IMG/VR virus record: IMGVR_UViG_3300020043_005067
Coordinates: 1 to 40,063 of that record
DNA from: a virus
Lineage: Duplodnaviria > Caudoviricetes
Length of the DNA stretch: 40,063 nt
Reading direction: 5' to 3' (one strand)
Made by a program: the position numbers and the translations under genes. The notes beneath the pieces are model-generated. The model ran no database searches. It worked only from the letters and a program-made list of their open reading frames with translations, and was not told the origin of the DNA. Of this stretch, positions 26,951-36,822 are shown piece by piece. Position 1 is the first letter of the stretch. Every line of letters starts with the position of its first letter.

Positions 26951-27376
26951 ATGAAAAATAAAATATTTATCCTACTCACAGCCTTCGCACTTGTTGCAGC
27001 ATCAGCAGTATATATATACTCTGATGGACTTGGCATTCGTACGACAAACAAGATTACTACCTCTATCACATCAACAGATGCAGCCGGAGCGGACACGTTA
27101 ACATTAACACCTGATAAATACGAAACAATCGTTGTTCAGGCGTTAACCGATTCAGTAACGTATGCCATCGGATCAACAGTAAGAAGTAAGCAGAATGACA
27201 GAATTTGTATTCAGGTAACGAATACATCTGGATCAGGCAAAGTAAAATTCCCTACTGCATACTTTGAAACTGCATCAGCAGACAGCGTATCAACTATCAC
27301 ATCATCAAAGCGAGCGATATACTGGTTTACGTTCGTTGGCAATGAGTGGATCATGACTTCAAAATACGTTCAATAA
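26951..27376 (+). CDS. signal-peptide-bearing Thr/Ser-rich protein at the head-decoration gene position
   Basis: MKNKIFILLTAFALVAASA N-terminus; beta-rich body ending FTFVGNEW. Confidence 0.65.
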   Translation: MKNKIFILLTAFALVAASAVYIYSDGLGIRTTNKITTSITSTDAAGADTLTLTPDKYETIVVQALTDSVTYAIGSTVRSKQNDRICIQVTNTSGSGKVKFPTAYFETASADSVSTITSSKRAIYWFTFVGNEWIMTSKYVQ

Positions 27377-27403
27377 TTAACCTAAAACAACCCTATATAT
27401 AAA

Positions 27404-28540
27404 ATGAAATTATTCGCTAAACAATATACTCCTGACATCTTTGATGCAACAGGATTGACCCTTGCAGACGATAACGCAACGGCAGTAAGTGAACTGGTAT
27501 TTGAAGAATCGTTTGCGATGAATGAAAGGAATAAATATTCCTCATTCTTAAAGTTCAATACAGGTATTAAAAACAAAAAGATCATTCCAATTCTGGGAGG
27601 CTTCACAGGTCTTGCAGGTCATGAATTGACAGGTGAAAACTGTACACCAACGGAATCGGATATGCAGATTTCATCTTATCAAAAGAAATGGGAGTGTATT
27701 TATATCGGTGATCGTTTAGTTGACTGTTATACGAACATTAAAGAAACATTCTGGACTTACTTCCGTCCGTCCGGCGTTGCAGGGCAAGACCCTTCACAAA
27801 ATCCGGCTTATGCTTCTTACGTGCAGATGCGATTACAGGAGTATTTGGCTGATCTGTTGATGTTCCGTATTCTGTTCATGAGTGATACAGATGTTGCAGC
27901 AGCAACAAACAACTCTTTAACATCTGATCAGTTGAAGTATTTCAATACTCATGATGGCATCATTAAGCAGTGTAAAGACATATTTGCGGCAGATGCAGAC
28001 CGTCAAACTACACTTGCTGAAAATACTCAGACAACTTATTCAACTCAGAGTTTCGATAACACGCCAATCGTTGTGGGTACTGTTGCAACATACAGAGCAA
28101 CGAACATTCTGAACAACCTTGTAAAGAATTCTCACATCGACTTAAAGCGTATTCCAAAGAACAGACGTGTAATTCTTATCTCTCAAACTATCGCAGATCG
28201 TTACGCAGAAGAAAGAAAAGCGATTACGAATGTTGATCTGGGTTATATCCGTACAGAGACAGGCATGGATATGTTTGTTTTCGATGGTATTGATGTAGTG
28301 ATCCTGCCAACTTATGACACACTTATCGAATCATATTACGATAACGGAACACGTCAATGGGAACCACACTTTGCAATTCATACAACTAAGGATAACATTC
28401 AGGTTGGAACATTGCAGACAACAGATTTCGAAACATTCTCATCTCACTACGACAAGACAACAAAGAAATGGTATTTGGATTTCGCATTCGACTTTGATGT
28501 GAAAGTTATCGTTGACCGTTTAATCCAGATTGCAATTTAA
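27404..28540 (+). CDS. major capsid protein
   Basis: 378 aa; follows the protease-scaffold; F.SDT...YF...DGIIK..., FDGIDV pattern. Confidence 0.82.
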   Translation: MKLFAKQYTPDIFDATGLTLADDNATAVSELVFEESFAMNERNKYSSFLKFNTGIKNKKIIPILGGFTGLAGHELTGENCTPTESDMQISSYQKKWECIYIGDRLVDCYTNIKETFWTYFRPSGVAGQDPSQNPAYASYVQMRLQEYLADLLMFRILFMSDTDVAAATNNSLTSDQLKYFNTHDGIIKQCKDIFAADADRQTTLAENTQTTYSTQSFDNTPIVVGTVATYRATNILNNLVKNSHIDLKRIPKNRRVILISQTIADRYAEERKAITNVDLGYIRTETGMDMFVFDGIDVVILPTYDTLIESYYDNGTRQWEPHFAIHTTKDNIQVGTLQTTDFETFSSHYDKTTKKWYLDFAFDFDVKVIVDRLIQIAI

Positions 28541-28561
28541 CCTAAAACAACCCTAAAGAAA

Positions 28562-29158
28562 ATGAATAAATTATTTAATCCATTAGCGGTTCGACAATTA
28601 TCGCCAGCATGTGCGCTAATTACCAGTGGTCAAACAATTCCAGCAGGTTGTGTTGTACCGGTTAGAGGTGTAAGCCCTGATGTTATTCTCATCAACTATG
28701 ATGATTATAGTGACAATTACAGTTCCTCAACGAACATCATTACTACTATAACTGCTGCAAATCCTGGCTTTACATGGGAGGGCTTAAAGACTTCCACAAA
28801 GCCAGTTGCAACAAAGAAAGAGGGAACGTATGAAGATTCATTTGAGCTTTCAATTCAGATGGTTTCTTTCTCTGTTACTGCTGCCATCCGTAAGCAATTA
28901 CAGGCAGGTGTTAAGGTTGTTGCGCTGTTAAAGCATAATGAGAAAGGTGCATCAGGTGCAACAAAATGGAATGCTTGGGGACGTGATACTGGATTATATA
29001 TCCGTGATCTGGTTTGGGACTTAAACAGCCCCGACACAGGAGGCATCACATTTACATTAAAGACCCTTGACGATCAGCCATCAGCAACCCTTCCTGTAAC
29101 AGTGTTTATTACTGATGAGGCAACAACGGATACATTAGTTGCAGGCTTATTAGTTTAA
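28562..29158 (+). CDS. major tail tube protein
   Basis: C.L...C.....GV...V.LINYDD...WG.DTGL...GG..FTL; followed by a terminator. Confidence 0.75.
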   Translation: MNKLFNPLAVRQLSPACALITSGQTIPAGCVVPVRGVSPDVILINYDDYSDNYSSSTNIITTITAANPGFTWEGLKTSTKPVATKKEGTYEDSFELSIQMVSFSVTAAIRKQLQAGVKVVALLKHNEKGASGATKWNAWGRDTGLYIRDLVWDLNSPDTGGITFTLKTLDDQPSATLPVTVFITDEATTDTLVAGLLV

Positions 29159-29198
29159 TCATTCTTATTTGGTTACTGGTTATATATAAATTGATGAG

Positions 29199-29230
29199 AA
29201 GGGGTGCAGGTCAAATCGTACCCCTTTTTT
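29199..29230 (+). terminator. intrinsic terminator after capsid and tail tube genes
   Basis: AAGGGGTGC...GTACCCCTT followed by a T run. Confidence 0.75.
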
Positions 29231-29236
29231 AATAAA

Positions 29237-29851
29237 ATGAGTATGGATGAATTAAAAGAGAAGGCATTAAAATTCATTGCCTTAAACAATGAGAATCACA
29301 TTCTACTGGTAGCACCTGTAAAAACACAGTTCATTGAATTATTCACATTAATATTTGGAAAGAAGCCATCATGTGCCAGTTGTGGCGACAAAGTAGCCAA
29401 AGAATACGCTGAACTGGTAGAGTTTGCAAAAGGAACACATTCAATTTATAAATACAGCATGAGCGCATATAAATTAAAGAATCACAAATCAATATTCGAT
29501 CCGGTAACGAATCGGTATTATATATACAAATCACCATTGTGGAGTGATGAGATTGCATTAAATATTTTATCAAACCAGCCGCAACAGGCTTTCCGGTTTA
29601 TTCTTCCTGCTGACCATGAAGAAAGATTACAGGCTTATCTGGATGCACGTGCATTGGTTAATTCTGCTGAAGTAGTGGCAAAGGTTGAAGAAGTTGCTGG
29701 GACTGAAAATACAACAGCTATTGAAGGTGATAATGTAGTGGTGAATGAAGAGATCGTGGAAAGCAAAGAAGTAGATGTTGAAGAAAAGCCGGTACCGAAA
29801 ACTGAATTCAATACCGGAAAAAAGCATTCAAGAGAATTTAATCGTAAATAA
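29237..29851 (+). CDS. hypothetical protein with CxxC motif and acidic tail
   Basis: KPSCASC; likely start ATG 29237; precedes the portal. Confidence 0.7.
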   Translation: MSMDELKEKALKFIALNNENHILLVAPVKTQFIELFTLIFGKKPSCASCGDKVAKEYAELVEFAKGTHSIYKYSMSAYKLKNHKSIFDPVTNRYYIYKSPLWSDEIALNILSNQPQQAFRFILPADHEERLQAYLDARALVNSAEVVAKVEEVAGTENTTAIEGDNVVVNEEIVESKEVDVEEKPVPKTEFNTGKKHSREFNRK

Positions 29852-29853
29852 TA

Positions 29854-31188
29854 GTGGCAAAGGCTGTTGCATTAGGATCAACTACCAAGCGAATAAAATC
29901 AAATGTAGAAAAGACATTTGGTATATTGTCATGCGATTTTGATAACGCCTATTATCAGCGCGTAGATCAGGCATTATTACGATCTACCATTGGAACTGCA
30001 TGCGACAACTTACGAAGTAAATACTTATTTGGAAGAGGGTTTTTAAAAAAGGAAATAGCCGACATTGTTGTAAACGAATTTGGAGAAACGCTTACTGAGC
30101 TTTACAGCCTGATTCGTAAAGACTATGCAAGATACAAGGGGTGCTCTGTGCATGTTAAATACGATGGTGCTTTTAATGTAATCGGATTGCATCATGTTCC
30201 ATTTTTATTTTGCAGGATAGGTATTCCAAATGAAAAAGGTGTTTCAGATAAAATAAAAGTTCATCCTGATTGGGCGAAAAATTCATGGAAGCAATTTAAG
30301 AAAGAAGATATTATCGAGTTCAGCGTTTTTGATAAAGATATAGATGTAGCAATTGAACAGGCTACACAGGCCGGCGGTTTTGATAAGTGGAACGGGCAGA
30401 TATTATACTTTACGGATTCAGGTAAAATAGAATACCCTTATGCGCCATGTGATTCAGGTTTTGAAGATCTGGAAAGCGACCATTTAATTAAAATATTCAA
30501 ATGGCGCGGACTGAAAAAATCATTTATGCCCGGAGGTATTTTTGTTCGAAAGGGTATCTCTCCACTTCCTGCTGATGCAAGCTCTGATGATATTGATGAG
30601 CAACAAGAAGAGGCAAAAAACTTTACAAAAAATATAAATGAAAGTCAGGGAGCAGACAGTAGTCATAACATAATTGTAGTTGATATAGCAGCAGATGAGT
30701 TGAAGCCTGAATTCACACAATTTGAAATAAAGAATAACGATAAGTTATTCGAGTTGACAGAAAGTTCAGTAAGAGAAAATATTATTAGATGCTATGGACA
30801 GCCTCTTGTTTTGCATGCAATAAAGACACCGGGCGCATTAGGAAATTCAACTGAGTGGGAAGATGCGAAAAAAAACTATGATGAGCAAACAGCAGACGAA
30901 AGAAATATGCTTTCGGTTGCACTGATGGACCCTCTAACAATGCTTACAGGATCAGAATATACAAATGAAGATTTCATCATAGTGCCAATTACCGGACTTG
31001 AATCAAAGAAGGATAACAAGACGCTTGCAGAAGTAATTGGAGTGGGTGGCATAACATCGCTAACAGAGGTACTTCAATCAGCATTAGAGCCGCAACAGAA
31101 AATAAACTATTTAATACTTGCATTTGGATTATCAGAAGCAAATGCAGAGGCACTTGTTAACGGAACTAAAATAGAGCAAAATGCCTGA
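29854..31188 (+). CDS. portal protein
   Basis: DNAY, GRGF, HVPF..CRIG, YP.., F.PGG, NDKLFE, I...GQP; 444 aa; GTG start. Confidence 0.82.
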   Translation: MAKAVALGSTTKRIKSNVEKTFGILSCDFDNAYYQRVDQALLRSTIGTACDNLRSKYLFGRGFLKKEIADIVVNEFGETLTELYSLIRKDYARYKGCSVHVKYDGAFNVIGLHHVPFLFCRIGIPNEKGVSDKIKVHPDWAKNSWKQFKKEDIIEFSVFDKDIDVAIEQATQAGGFDKWNGQILYFTDSGKIEYPYAPCDSGFEDLESDHLIKIFKWRGLKKSFMPGGIFVRKGISPLPADASSDDIDEQQEEAKNFTKNINESQGADSSHNIIVVDIAADELKPEFTQFEIKNNDKLFELTESSVRENIIRCYGQPLVLHAIKTPGALGNSTEWEDAKKNYDEQTADERNMLSVALMDPLTMLTGSEYTNEDFIIVPITGLESKKDNKTLAEVIGVGGITSLTEVLQSALEPQQKINYLILAFGLSEANAEALVNGTKIEQNA

Positions 31189-31708
31189 TACACTACTCAT
31201 CGACAGGGACGACTTAAAGTTATGGAAAGGCGTAAGCCTGACTGTAACAGAAGAAACGGAATTGGAGCCATATATCAGGGAGGCGCAGGACTTGGATATT
31301 TCTGTTCAGTTAGGTAAGCCGTTGTATTATGACTTAATGACCAACTCGGCAAATGCTGAATATGTGGATTTATTGGATGGTACGGATTATCTGGATTCAG
31401 AAGAAAATACCGTATTCTTTAAAGGATTGAAAGCTGCCATCTGTTACTACACATGGTCAAGATATATAAAGTCAAGGAATAAAAAAGACACCGCTTCCGG
31501 TTATATGACTAAGCAACAAGGGCAATATTCACAACCTGTTGATTACAGGGAGATTGAAAAGGAAGCAAATCAGTGCAGGATGGATGCGGAACAATACATG
31601 AAGGACTGCATAGACTTCATTAAAACATTTCCTGAAACGTACCCATTATTTACAGCAACATGCAAAAAGCGCAGTGCTGCAGGATCAGTAAGATTAACAA
31701 CCCTATAA
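31181..31708 (+). CDS. head-tail adaptor (DUF6712-like)
   Basis: PYIREAQDLD....LG..LY..L...LLDG...GLKAAICYY; directly after the portal. Confidence 0.7.
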   Translation: MPDTLLIDRDDLKLWKGVSLTVTEETELEPYIREAQDLDISVQLGKPLYYDLMTNSANAEYVDLLDGTDYLDSEENTVFFKGLKAAICYYTWSRYIKSRNKKDTASGYMTKQQGQYSQPVDYREIEKEANQCRMDAEQYMKDCIDFIKTFPETYPLFTATCKKRSAAGSVRLTTL

Positions 31709-31718
31709 TAATAATAAA

Positions 31719-33290
31719 ATGGCAGTAGGAACATTACGGACGGAAACAAAGGCAGGGTTTACCACCAAAGGATCAACCCTAACTTGGAGTGAAGAAGATA
31801 ACACATTTATATTTCTATATGATTTAGTTCAGGCGGCACTTGCAATAGATACCGCTTCCTTTGCGCCATATAATGCAGGAACAACATATACAAATGTCGA
31901 TCCTGATTATGTGAGTTACAACGGCAATATTTATGAATGTATTGTTGCGTCAACAGTAGGAAACCTGCCAACTGATGCTACGAAATGGACGTTGGTTTCC
32001 GTTGGTGAGTTTACCCACATAAAAGACAGGGATCAGTATTTGGATTTCGGAGGCGCAACACAGGTATCAGCAGCAGCATTATATAGGGTTCTTACCGTTA
32101 CACAAGTAACAGCCGCAAACTTCGCTTCATTTGCAGCAGCAGGATCATTAAACAAAAATAGTTACTACGAAATAACGGATGATGCCACCCTGCAATTATT
32201 TATCCGTACAGGATTAACCGGATTTGATTATTCAACTAATGCAGTATTACGGGTTCGGATGCCTGATGCAACTGTTGCGCCGACATGGACGACCGGAAGC
32301 ATTGCACTGAATCAACGTAGAAGCTGGGATAACCTTGTTTATAATCACATCACTTCGACAAATACAACAACTTCGCCGGATGCTGATTCGACAAATTGGG
32401 CTGTTGTCATTACTTCAAATACTACTTATTACAAATCCATTTACTACACTGCAAAAGTTCGTTTCTCTGGAAGTGCATTTGTTGTACTACAGGCAACAGA
32501 CCCAAAGACCGGCGATGTTTACGGAACAGTAACAGGAATCACAAGACTGATCAATCCCGCATACGGATCTGATGTAAACAATGTGAATCATTGTGATGAA
32601 GGCAGTTATATCATCGCGCCAAACGTTTCGAATTCTGTTCACATAAGAGGTAATAAGTTAAGAGCCGGTGCAAGCATTGAAGCCTCTGGACTTATTACCG
32701 GAAACATCGGAACAAACCGTTTAGAAAATGCTTTGCTTTCCATAGGATTAAACTTTGATGGATCAGTTACCGGCAGCAGCATTAAAGGTTGTCAGGTTAT
32801 TATTCCTGATGATGCTACGGGCGGCATGACAGATACTATAATTGAGTTCAACGATCCAAATGATATTTCTTTCAACATCAGGTCTGGGGCAACATTAGAT
32901 GCAAACACCATAAACAAATATGGTTCTGATGTTTCGGACACAATCGACATGACAAGTAAGTCTGAACTGGATTGTGATTCTGTTGATCCTGATAACGAAT
33001 ATGTGGGTGTGTACCTGATGGAGTCTGGCAATGGAACAGAAACAGTAAGCAGCATAATTAATATGCCATCGCGCTTCCCTTCAAAGATTGTTGCGGGTAT
33101 TGGTACAGCATGGACTATTGAAATAGTAGATGGTGCAACAGTAACGGGCGATGGTCAAATAGTTGGTGATCTGGGAACACTTAACGGATCATCAATTCCA
33201 TTAATCGGTAATGGTGTTTCCTGCATCATCGTTGAACCGGTAACGATTGATGGATTCTTAGTTGCACAAATTAAACATTATCAACCTTAA
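31719..33290 (+). CDS. fibre / receptor-binding protein with CBM5/12-like repeats
   Basis: KGSTLTWSEEDN.F N-terminus; YNAGTTY..VSYNGNIYEC..P....W module and a second similar one; beta-helix-like C-terminus. Confidence 0.7.
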   Translation: MAVGTLRTETKAGFTTKGSTLTWSEEDNTFIFLYDLVQAALAIDTASFAPYNAGTTYTNVDPDYVSYNGNIYECIVASTVGNLPTDATKWTLVSVGEFTHIKDRDQYLDFGGATQVSAAALYRVLTVTQVTAANFASFAAAGSLNKNSYYEITDDATLQLFIRTGLTGFDYSTNAVLRVRMPDATVAPTWTTGSIALNQRRSWDNLVYNHITSTNTTTSPDADSTNWAVVITSNTTYYKSIYYTAKVRFSGSAFVVLQATDPKTGDVYGTVTGITRLINPAYGSDVNNVNHCDEGSYIIAPNVSNSVHIRGNKLRAGASIEASGLITGNIGTNRLENALLSIGLNFDGSVTGSSIKGCQVIIPDDATGGMTDTIIEFNDPNDISFNIRSGATLDANTINKYGSDVSDTIDMTSKSELDCDSVDPDNEYVGVYLMESGNGTETVSSIINMPSRFPSKIVAGIGTAWTIEIVDGATVTGDGQIVGDLGTLNGSSIPLIGNGVSCIIVEPVTIDGFLVAQIKHYQP

Positions 33291-33302
33291 TAAAATAGAA
33301 AT

Positions 33303-33455
33303 ATGACAGAACAAGAGAAAAGGCAGTTGGAAAGTAAGCTGCTTGGATTAAACAAACAACTGGAAGTGAACGAACGTGCATTGCTTCGTTTGCCTAATCA
33401 GATCGAAGATTTAAAAAAACAAATTGCTGAAATAAATGCGAAACTTAAACAATAG
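33303..33455 (+). CDS. 50-aa coiled-coil protein
   Basis: Read by hand: MTEQEKRQLESKLLGLNKQLEVNERALLRLPNQIEDLKKQIAEINAKLKQ*. Confidence 0.65.
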   Translation: MTEQEKRQLESKLLGLNKQLEVNERALLRLPNQIEDLKKQIAEINAKLKQ

Positions 33456-33458
33456 TAT

Positions 33459-34751
33459 ATGAAACAAATCCAAAGAATTGTAATTGCATTTATCGTTGTT
33501 GCGATAATTTGCCTAATGTATTTTCATGCACCGGCTCAAACAATACCGGTAAAGATTATTTCAGCAACCGGAGTAATTGATACTACCGGAATGAACTTAA
33601 ACGGAAAAGATGGCAAGGATGGAAGGGACGGAAAAGATGGAATTAACGGTAAGGACGGAAAAGATGGTGCAACCGGACCGATGGGACCTGCAGGTCCTGC
33701 AGGAAGTGGATCAGGAGTAGTTAAGCCATCATGTGTTTTTCAGGTATATAATGCCAGTGATATTGACGCTGCAATAAACGGAGTAATTGCAGGGACGGTT
33801 ACAAAGATTGAGTTTATGCAGACTGATATAGTAAAAAATATTTCCATCCCCAAATCATGGGGTGGCAACAGTAAATTCTTAATCATTGAAGGTAACGGAG
33901 CAAACCTGAAAGGGTGGATTAAACAGCAAATGCCAGCTTCACAATCAGAGGCAGAAGATTTAATGACACAGTATAAAATCATTGTTCAGAACCTTTCTTT
34001 TGAAGCACCTAACGACACCTGTTTAGCATTGTATGGATCAATGAATAATGATGTGAAAAACAATAGATTCAGACGTGCAAAATCTGCTGTTCATCTAGGC
34101 TTTTGTATGAATGCTATGGTATATCATAATGATGCGGTGAACATGACAGGGACGGCTTTTGTAGCAAACCGCTTATATGTTACCGGAGCAGGACTAACCA
34201 ACGCACAAAGCAACAACGCTACGTTCATGCACAACAGGGTATTTAATGCTGATAGTTGTTTTGCTTCGTTTGCTTCCTACTCATCCAACAACATTGACTA
34301 CTGGAAAAATACTGTTGAAGGGAAAAAGCCACAGTACGGATTTTATAATGACGACCATCAGAGTTCCACCGTTAAGATGTATTCACACTACGGTAATCAC
34401 TGTGAAACAACAGCATTGAACAGCATGTTTTACACAAAGCTGAATGATGGAGTAATCAATTATGAAAACACTTGGAATCAGAAAGCAAGCCCTAATTTAT
34501 ATGAGGTTGTTTCTGGTGCTGGGGCAATCGTTAATGTGCTGAACAATCCAAACATATTAAGTTCCGATAAGTTCAAAGCAACAACTACAACAAAGTGGAA
34601 TATCTGGAACAATAAGCGATTCGATGAAACAACAATCTGGAACGGTGCAGCACCTACACAGGTTGACTTACGATATTATTATCAGGGTGGTTACAAATGG
34701 GTAAATGCTGTTGCAAGGTTTAATAACCAAAGAATACAGACAGCCCCCTAA
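33459..34751 (+). CDS. signal peptide + collagen-like repeat + right-handed beta-helix protein
   Basis: MKQIQRIVIAFIVVAIICLMYFHAPA|Q; 11 Gly-X-Y triplets (33603-33701); IDAAIN..IIEGNGA..and Asn-ladder repeats. Confidence 0.75.
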   Translation: MKQIQRIVIAFIVVAIICLMYFHAPAQTIPVKIISATGVIDTTGMNLNGKDGKDGRDGKDGINGKDGKDGATGPMGPAGPAGSGSGVVKPSCVFQVYNASDIDAAINGVIAGTVTKIEFMQTDIVKNISIPKSWGGNSKFLIIEGNGANLKGWIKQQMPASQSEAEDLMTQYKIIVQNLSFEAPNDTCLALYGSMNNDVKNNRFRRAKSAVHLGFCMNAMVYHNDAVNMTGTAFVANRLYVTGAGLTNAQSNNATFMHNRVFNADSCFASFASYSSNNIDYWKNTVEGKKPQYGFYNDDHQSSTVKMYSHYGNHCETTALNSMFYTKLNDGVINYENTWNQKASPNLYEVVSGAGAIVNVLNNPNILSSDKFKATTTTKWNIWNNKRFDETTIWNGAAPTQVDLRYYYQGGYKWVNAVARFNNQRIQTAP

Positions 34752-34796
34752 AAATATAAGCAATAGTGCAAATCAAACAAATCAAACTTTAAAATC

Positions 34797-35069
34797 ATGT
34801 ACATTACAGAAGCATTCGTTGACCTTTCAACAGGCAACACCGTTATTCAGGCGACATTAGAAAACAATGTGAGCCAAAACCGTTCAATATCACTTGATCC
34901 TTCAAGTAAACAAATCAACGTTACGCCATTAAAGGAAGTAGGTGATATGACACCAATCGAGATGTCAGAAGTTATTCCTGTGGCAACGGACTGTTTAGAT
35001 GGTGAATCACCAGAAGCAGAAAAGGGATTTTTGTGTGCATTACTTGCAGACATGAGTTCAATAAGCTAA
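34797..35069 (+). CDS. acidic hypothetical protein
   Basis: 90-aa ORF, A-rich leader. Confidence 0.65.
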   Translation: MYITEAFVDLSTGNTVIQATLENNVSQNRSISLDPSSKQINVTPLKEVGDMTPIEMSEVIPVATDCLDGESPEAEKGFLCALLADMSSIS

Positions 35070-35118
35070 TCGGATAAACGAAACCAAGCCCCGTAAGGCT
35101 TAATCAAAACAACCCACC

Positions 35119-35403
35119 ATGAAAAACTACGCAAGATATGATTCAGTAAATCAAATTGATTGCTTATACACATTTCCAGAATCAGAAGATCCAGAAGTAC
35201 AGGACACCGTTACCGTTATTGATTCAGAAGGTGAAATAAAAATAGGACCATGCGCCCTTACATCTACTCAGGTAGAAAATCTGGGAGCCATTGCAAGAGA
35301 TGAAGAACAATTTTCATCTGATCTGGATTACTACGGATGTAACTGTGATGCTGCACGTATTGGTAAACGTCCTAATTCATTACCACCACCTGTAAGAGAT
35401 TGA
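35119..35403 (+). CDS. acidic hypothetical protein
   Basis: 94-aa ORF, Pro/Arg-rich C-terminus. Confidence 0.65.
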   Translation: MKNYARYDSVNQIDCLYTFPESEDPEVQDTVTVIDSEGEIKIGPCALTSTQVENLGAIARDEEQFSSDLDYYGCNCDAARIGKRPNSLPPPVRD

Positions 35404-35798
35404 AAAAGCATCAGCAAATAATATTCACTATCCTGCTGTTCATTGCTATTGCAGTGGATGCAGTACGTGGTTATTCCGATCTGCTGATCTATTCAGGATT
35501 AATTAAAACCGATTACACAACACTATACTGTTTATTGGATTCATTAATGGCATTGGCTTACGTAGCCGTATTAACCTACATCAGCTTTATTTATTGCACA
35601 ATGAATATCGCTGCACTGATCACATACAACTTCCTGCAAGGATGCTGGCTAATGATGGCATTCATAGATTTAAAGCAGGAATGGTTTCATCAGAATGTAA
35701 ACTATGATGCCAGTGAAATAAGCATGATGATGTTCAGTATTGCATTAACAATTATCATTTCCGCTTACCAGTGGAGTAAAAGAAAAAACCTAACCTAA
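35400..35798 (+). CDS. four-TM membrane protein
   Basis: Four hydrophobic segments; TTG start overlapping previous stop. Confidence 0.65.
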   Translation: MKKHQQIIFTILLFIAIAVDAVRGYSDLLIYSGLIKTDYTTLYCLLDSLMALAYVAVLTYISFIYCTMNIAALITYNFLQGCWLMMAFIDLKQEWFHQNVNYDASEISMMMFSIALTIIISAYQWSKRKNLT

Positions 35799-36154
35799 TG
35801 ACCGACATAAACAGACTTGAAAACTTAATGACTAAGCAGCATAAACAGTTGTCAGGTCAAATTGAAAACATAGAAAGAACTGTTACTTCAATTGATACCA
35901 GTATACAAGGCGACGAGAGTAGAGGGGTGGCAGGAATTAAGCACCACATAAGAGAGTTGAAGGATTCATCTATTAATCACCATGAAAGAATCAGCTTTTT
36001 AGAACAGCAGTTACCGGAAGAAAGAAGAAACGGAAACCGTAAGATGGTAGCCGGTGCAGCAGCCGGAGTAATTGCCGGAGGTACGGCAGTTAAGTTCGGA
36101 GGCTGGGGATTAATAAAATCAATAGTAACATTTTTAGCAGGACTATTTAAATAA
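35798..36154 (+). CDS. holin-like protein (coiled coil + C-terminal TM)
   Basis: Hydrophobic C-terminus; TAATG-coupled to the endolysin. Confidence 0.5.
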   Translation: MTDINRLENLMTKQHKQLSGQIENIERTVTSIDTSIQGDESRGVAGIKHHIRELKDSSINHHERISFLEQQLPEERRNGNRKMVAGAAAGVIAGGTAVKFGGWGLIKSIVTFLAGLFK

Positions 36155-36618
36155 TGATAGGTCAACATTTAACAATAGAACAGTGCTGCAAAAGTGAAAC
36201 AGCCATCAGGAAAGGAATTGATAACACTCCTTCACCTGATATTGTTTCAGTAATGAATCAGACTGCAATACACATTTACGATCCACTGAAAGAGCAGTTC
36301 GGCAATATCGCTTTCAGTTCGTTCTATCGTTCCGTTAAACTGAATAAAGCAATCGGAGGCAGTCCAACCAGTTCACATTGTAAAGGTGAAGCAATCGACT
36401 TCGATATGGATGGAATAAAAGGCGGCATTACTAATTCGATGCTGTTTTATTACGTCCTGAATAATCTGGAATTTGATCAGTTGATATGGGAGTTCGGTAC
36501 TGATGAAAACCCTGCATGGGTACACGTTGGTTATCGTAAAGGCAACAACAGAAAGCAAGTATTGAAAGCAGTTAAGGAAAACGGGAAAACAGTTTACAAA
36601 CCATTTAAAGCACTATAA
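36154..36618 (+). CDS. endolysin, peptidase M15 family
   Basis: SSFYRS..LN.AIGG..TSSH..GEAID...DQLIWEF...WVHV. Confidence 0.9.
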   Translation: MIGQHLTIEQCCKSETAIRKGIDNTPSPDIVSVMNQTAIHIYDPLKEQFGNIAFSSFYRSVKLNKAIGGSPTSSHCKGEAIDFDMDGIKGGITNSMLFYYVLNNLEFDQLIWEFGTDENPAWVHVGYRKGNNRKQVLKAVKENGKTVYKPFKAL

Positions 36619-36621
36619 CAA

Positions 36622-36822
36622 ATGTTAAAAAGATACTATTCGCCAACACCTAAAAACATTCGAAAGTTTGCTGATAGCTTACTTGTCGGGGCAATGACTA
36701 TTCAATTACAACCGGAGTTACTTGGTGAAAAATGGACACGTTACGCAACGATAATGGCTGTTGCTGCAAAGATGTTAAGTAACTTTTTTAAGGAAGAAAG
36801 CGATGAAACGTCAAACAACTGA
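36622..36822 (+). CDS. putative holin
   Basis: SPTPK..RK motif and two short hydrophobic segments in the lysis cassette. Confidence 0.55.
   Translation: MLKRYYSPTPKNIRKFADSLLVGAMTIQLQPELLGEKWTRYATIMAVAAKMLSNFFKEESDETSNN

Noticed and set aside
27377-28555. 19-bp repeat as CRISPR repeat or att core
   Set aside because: Only two exact copies, 1.16 kb apart, at gene starts; no spacers, cas or recombinase genes
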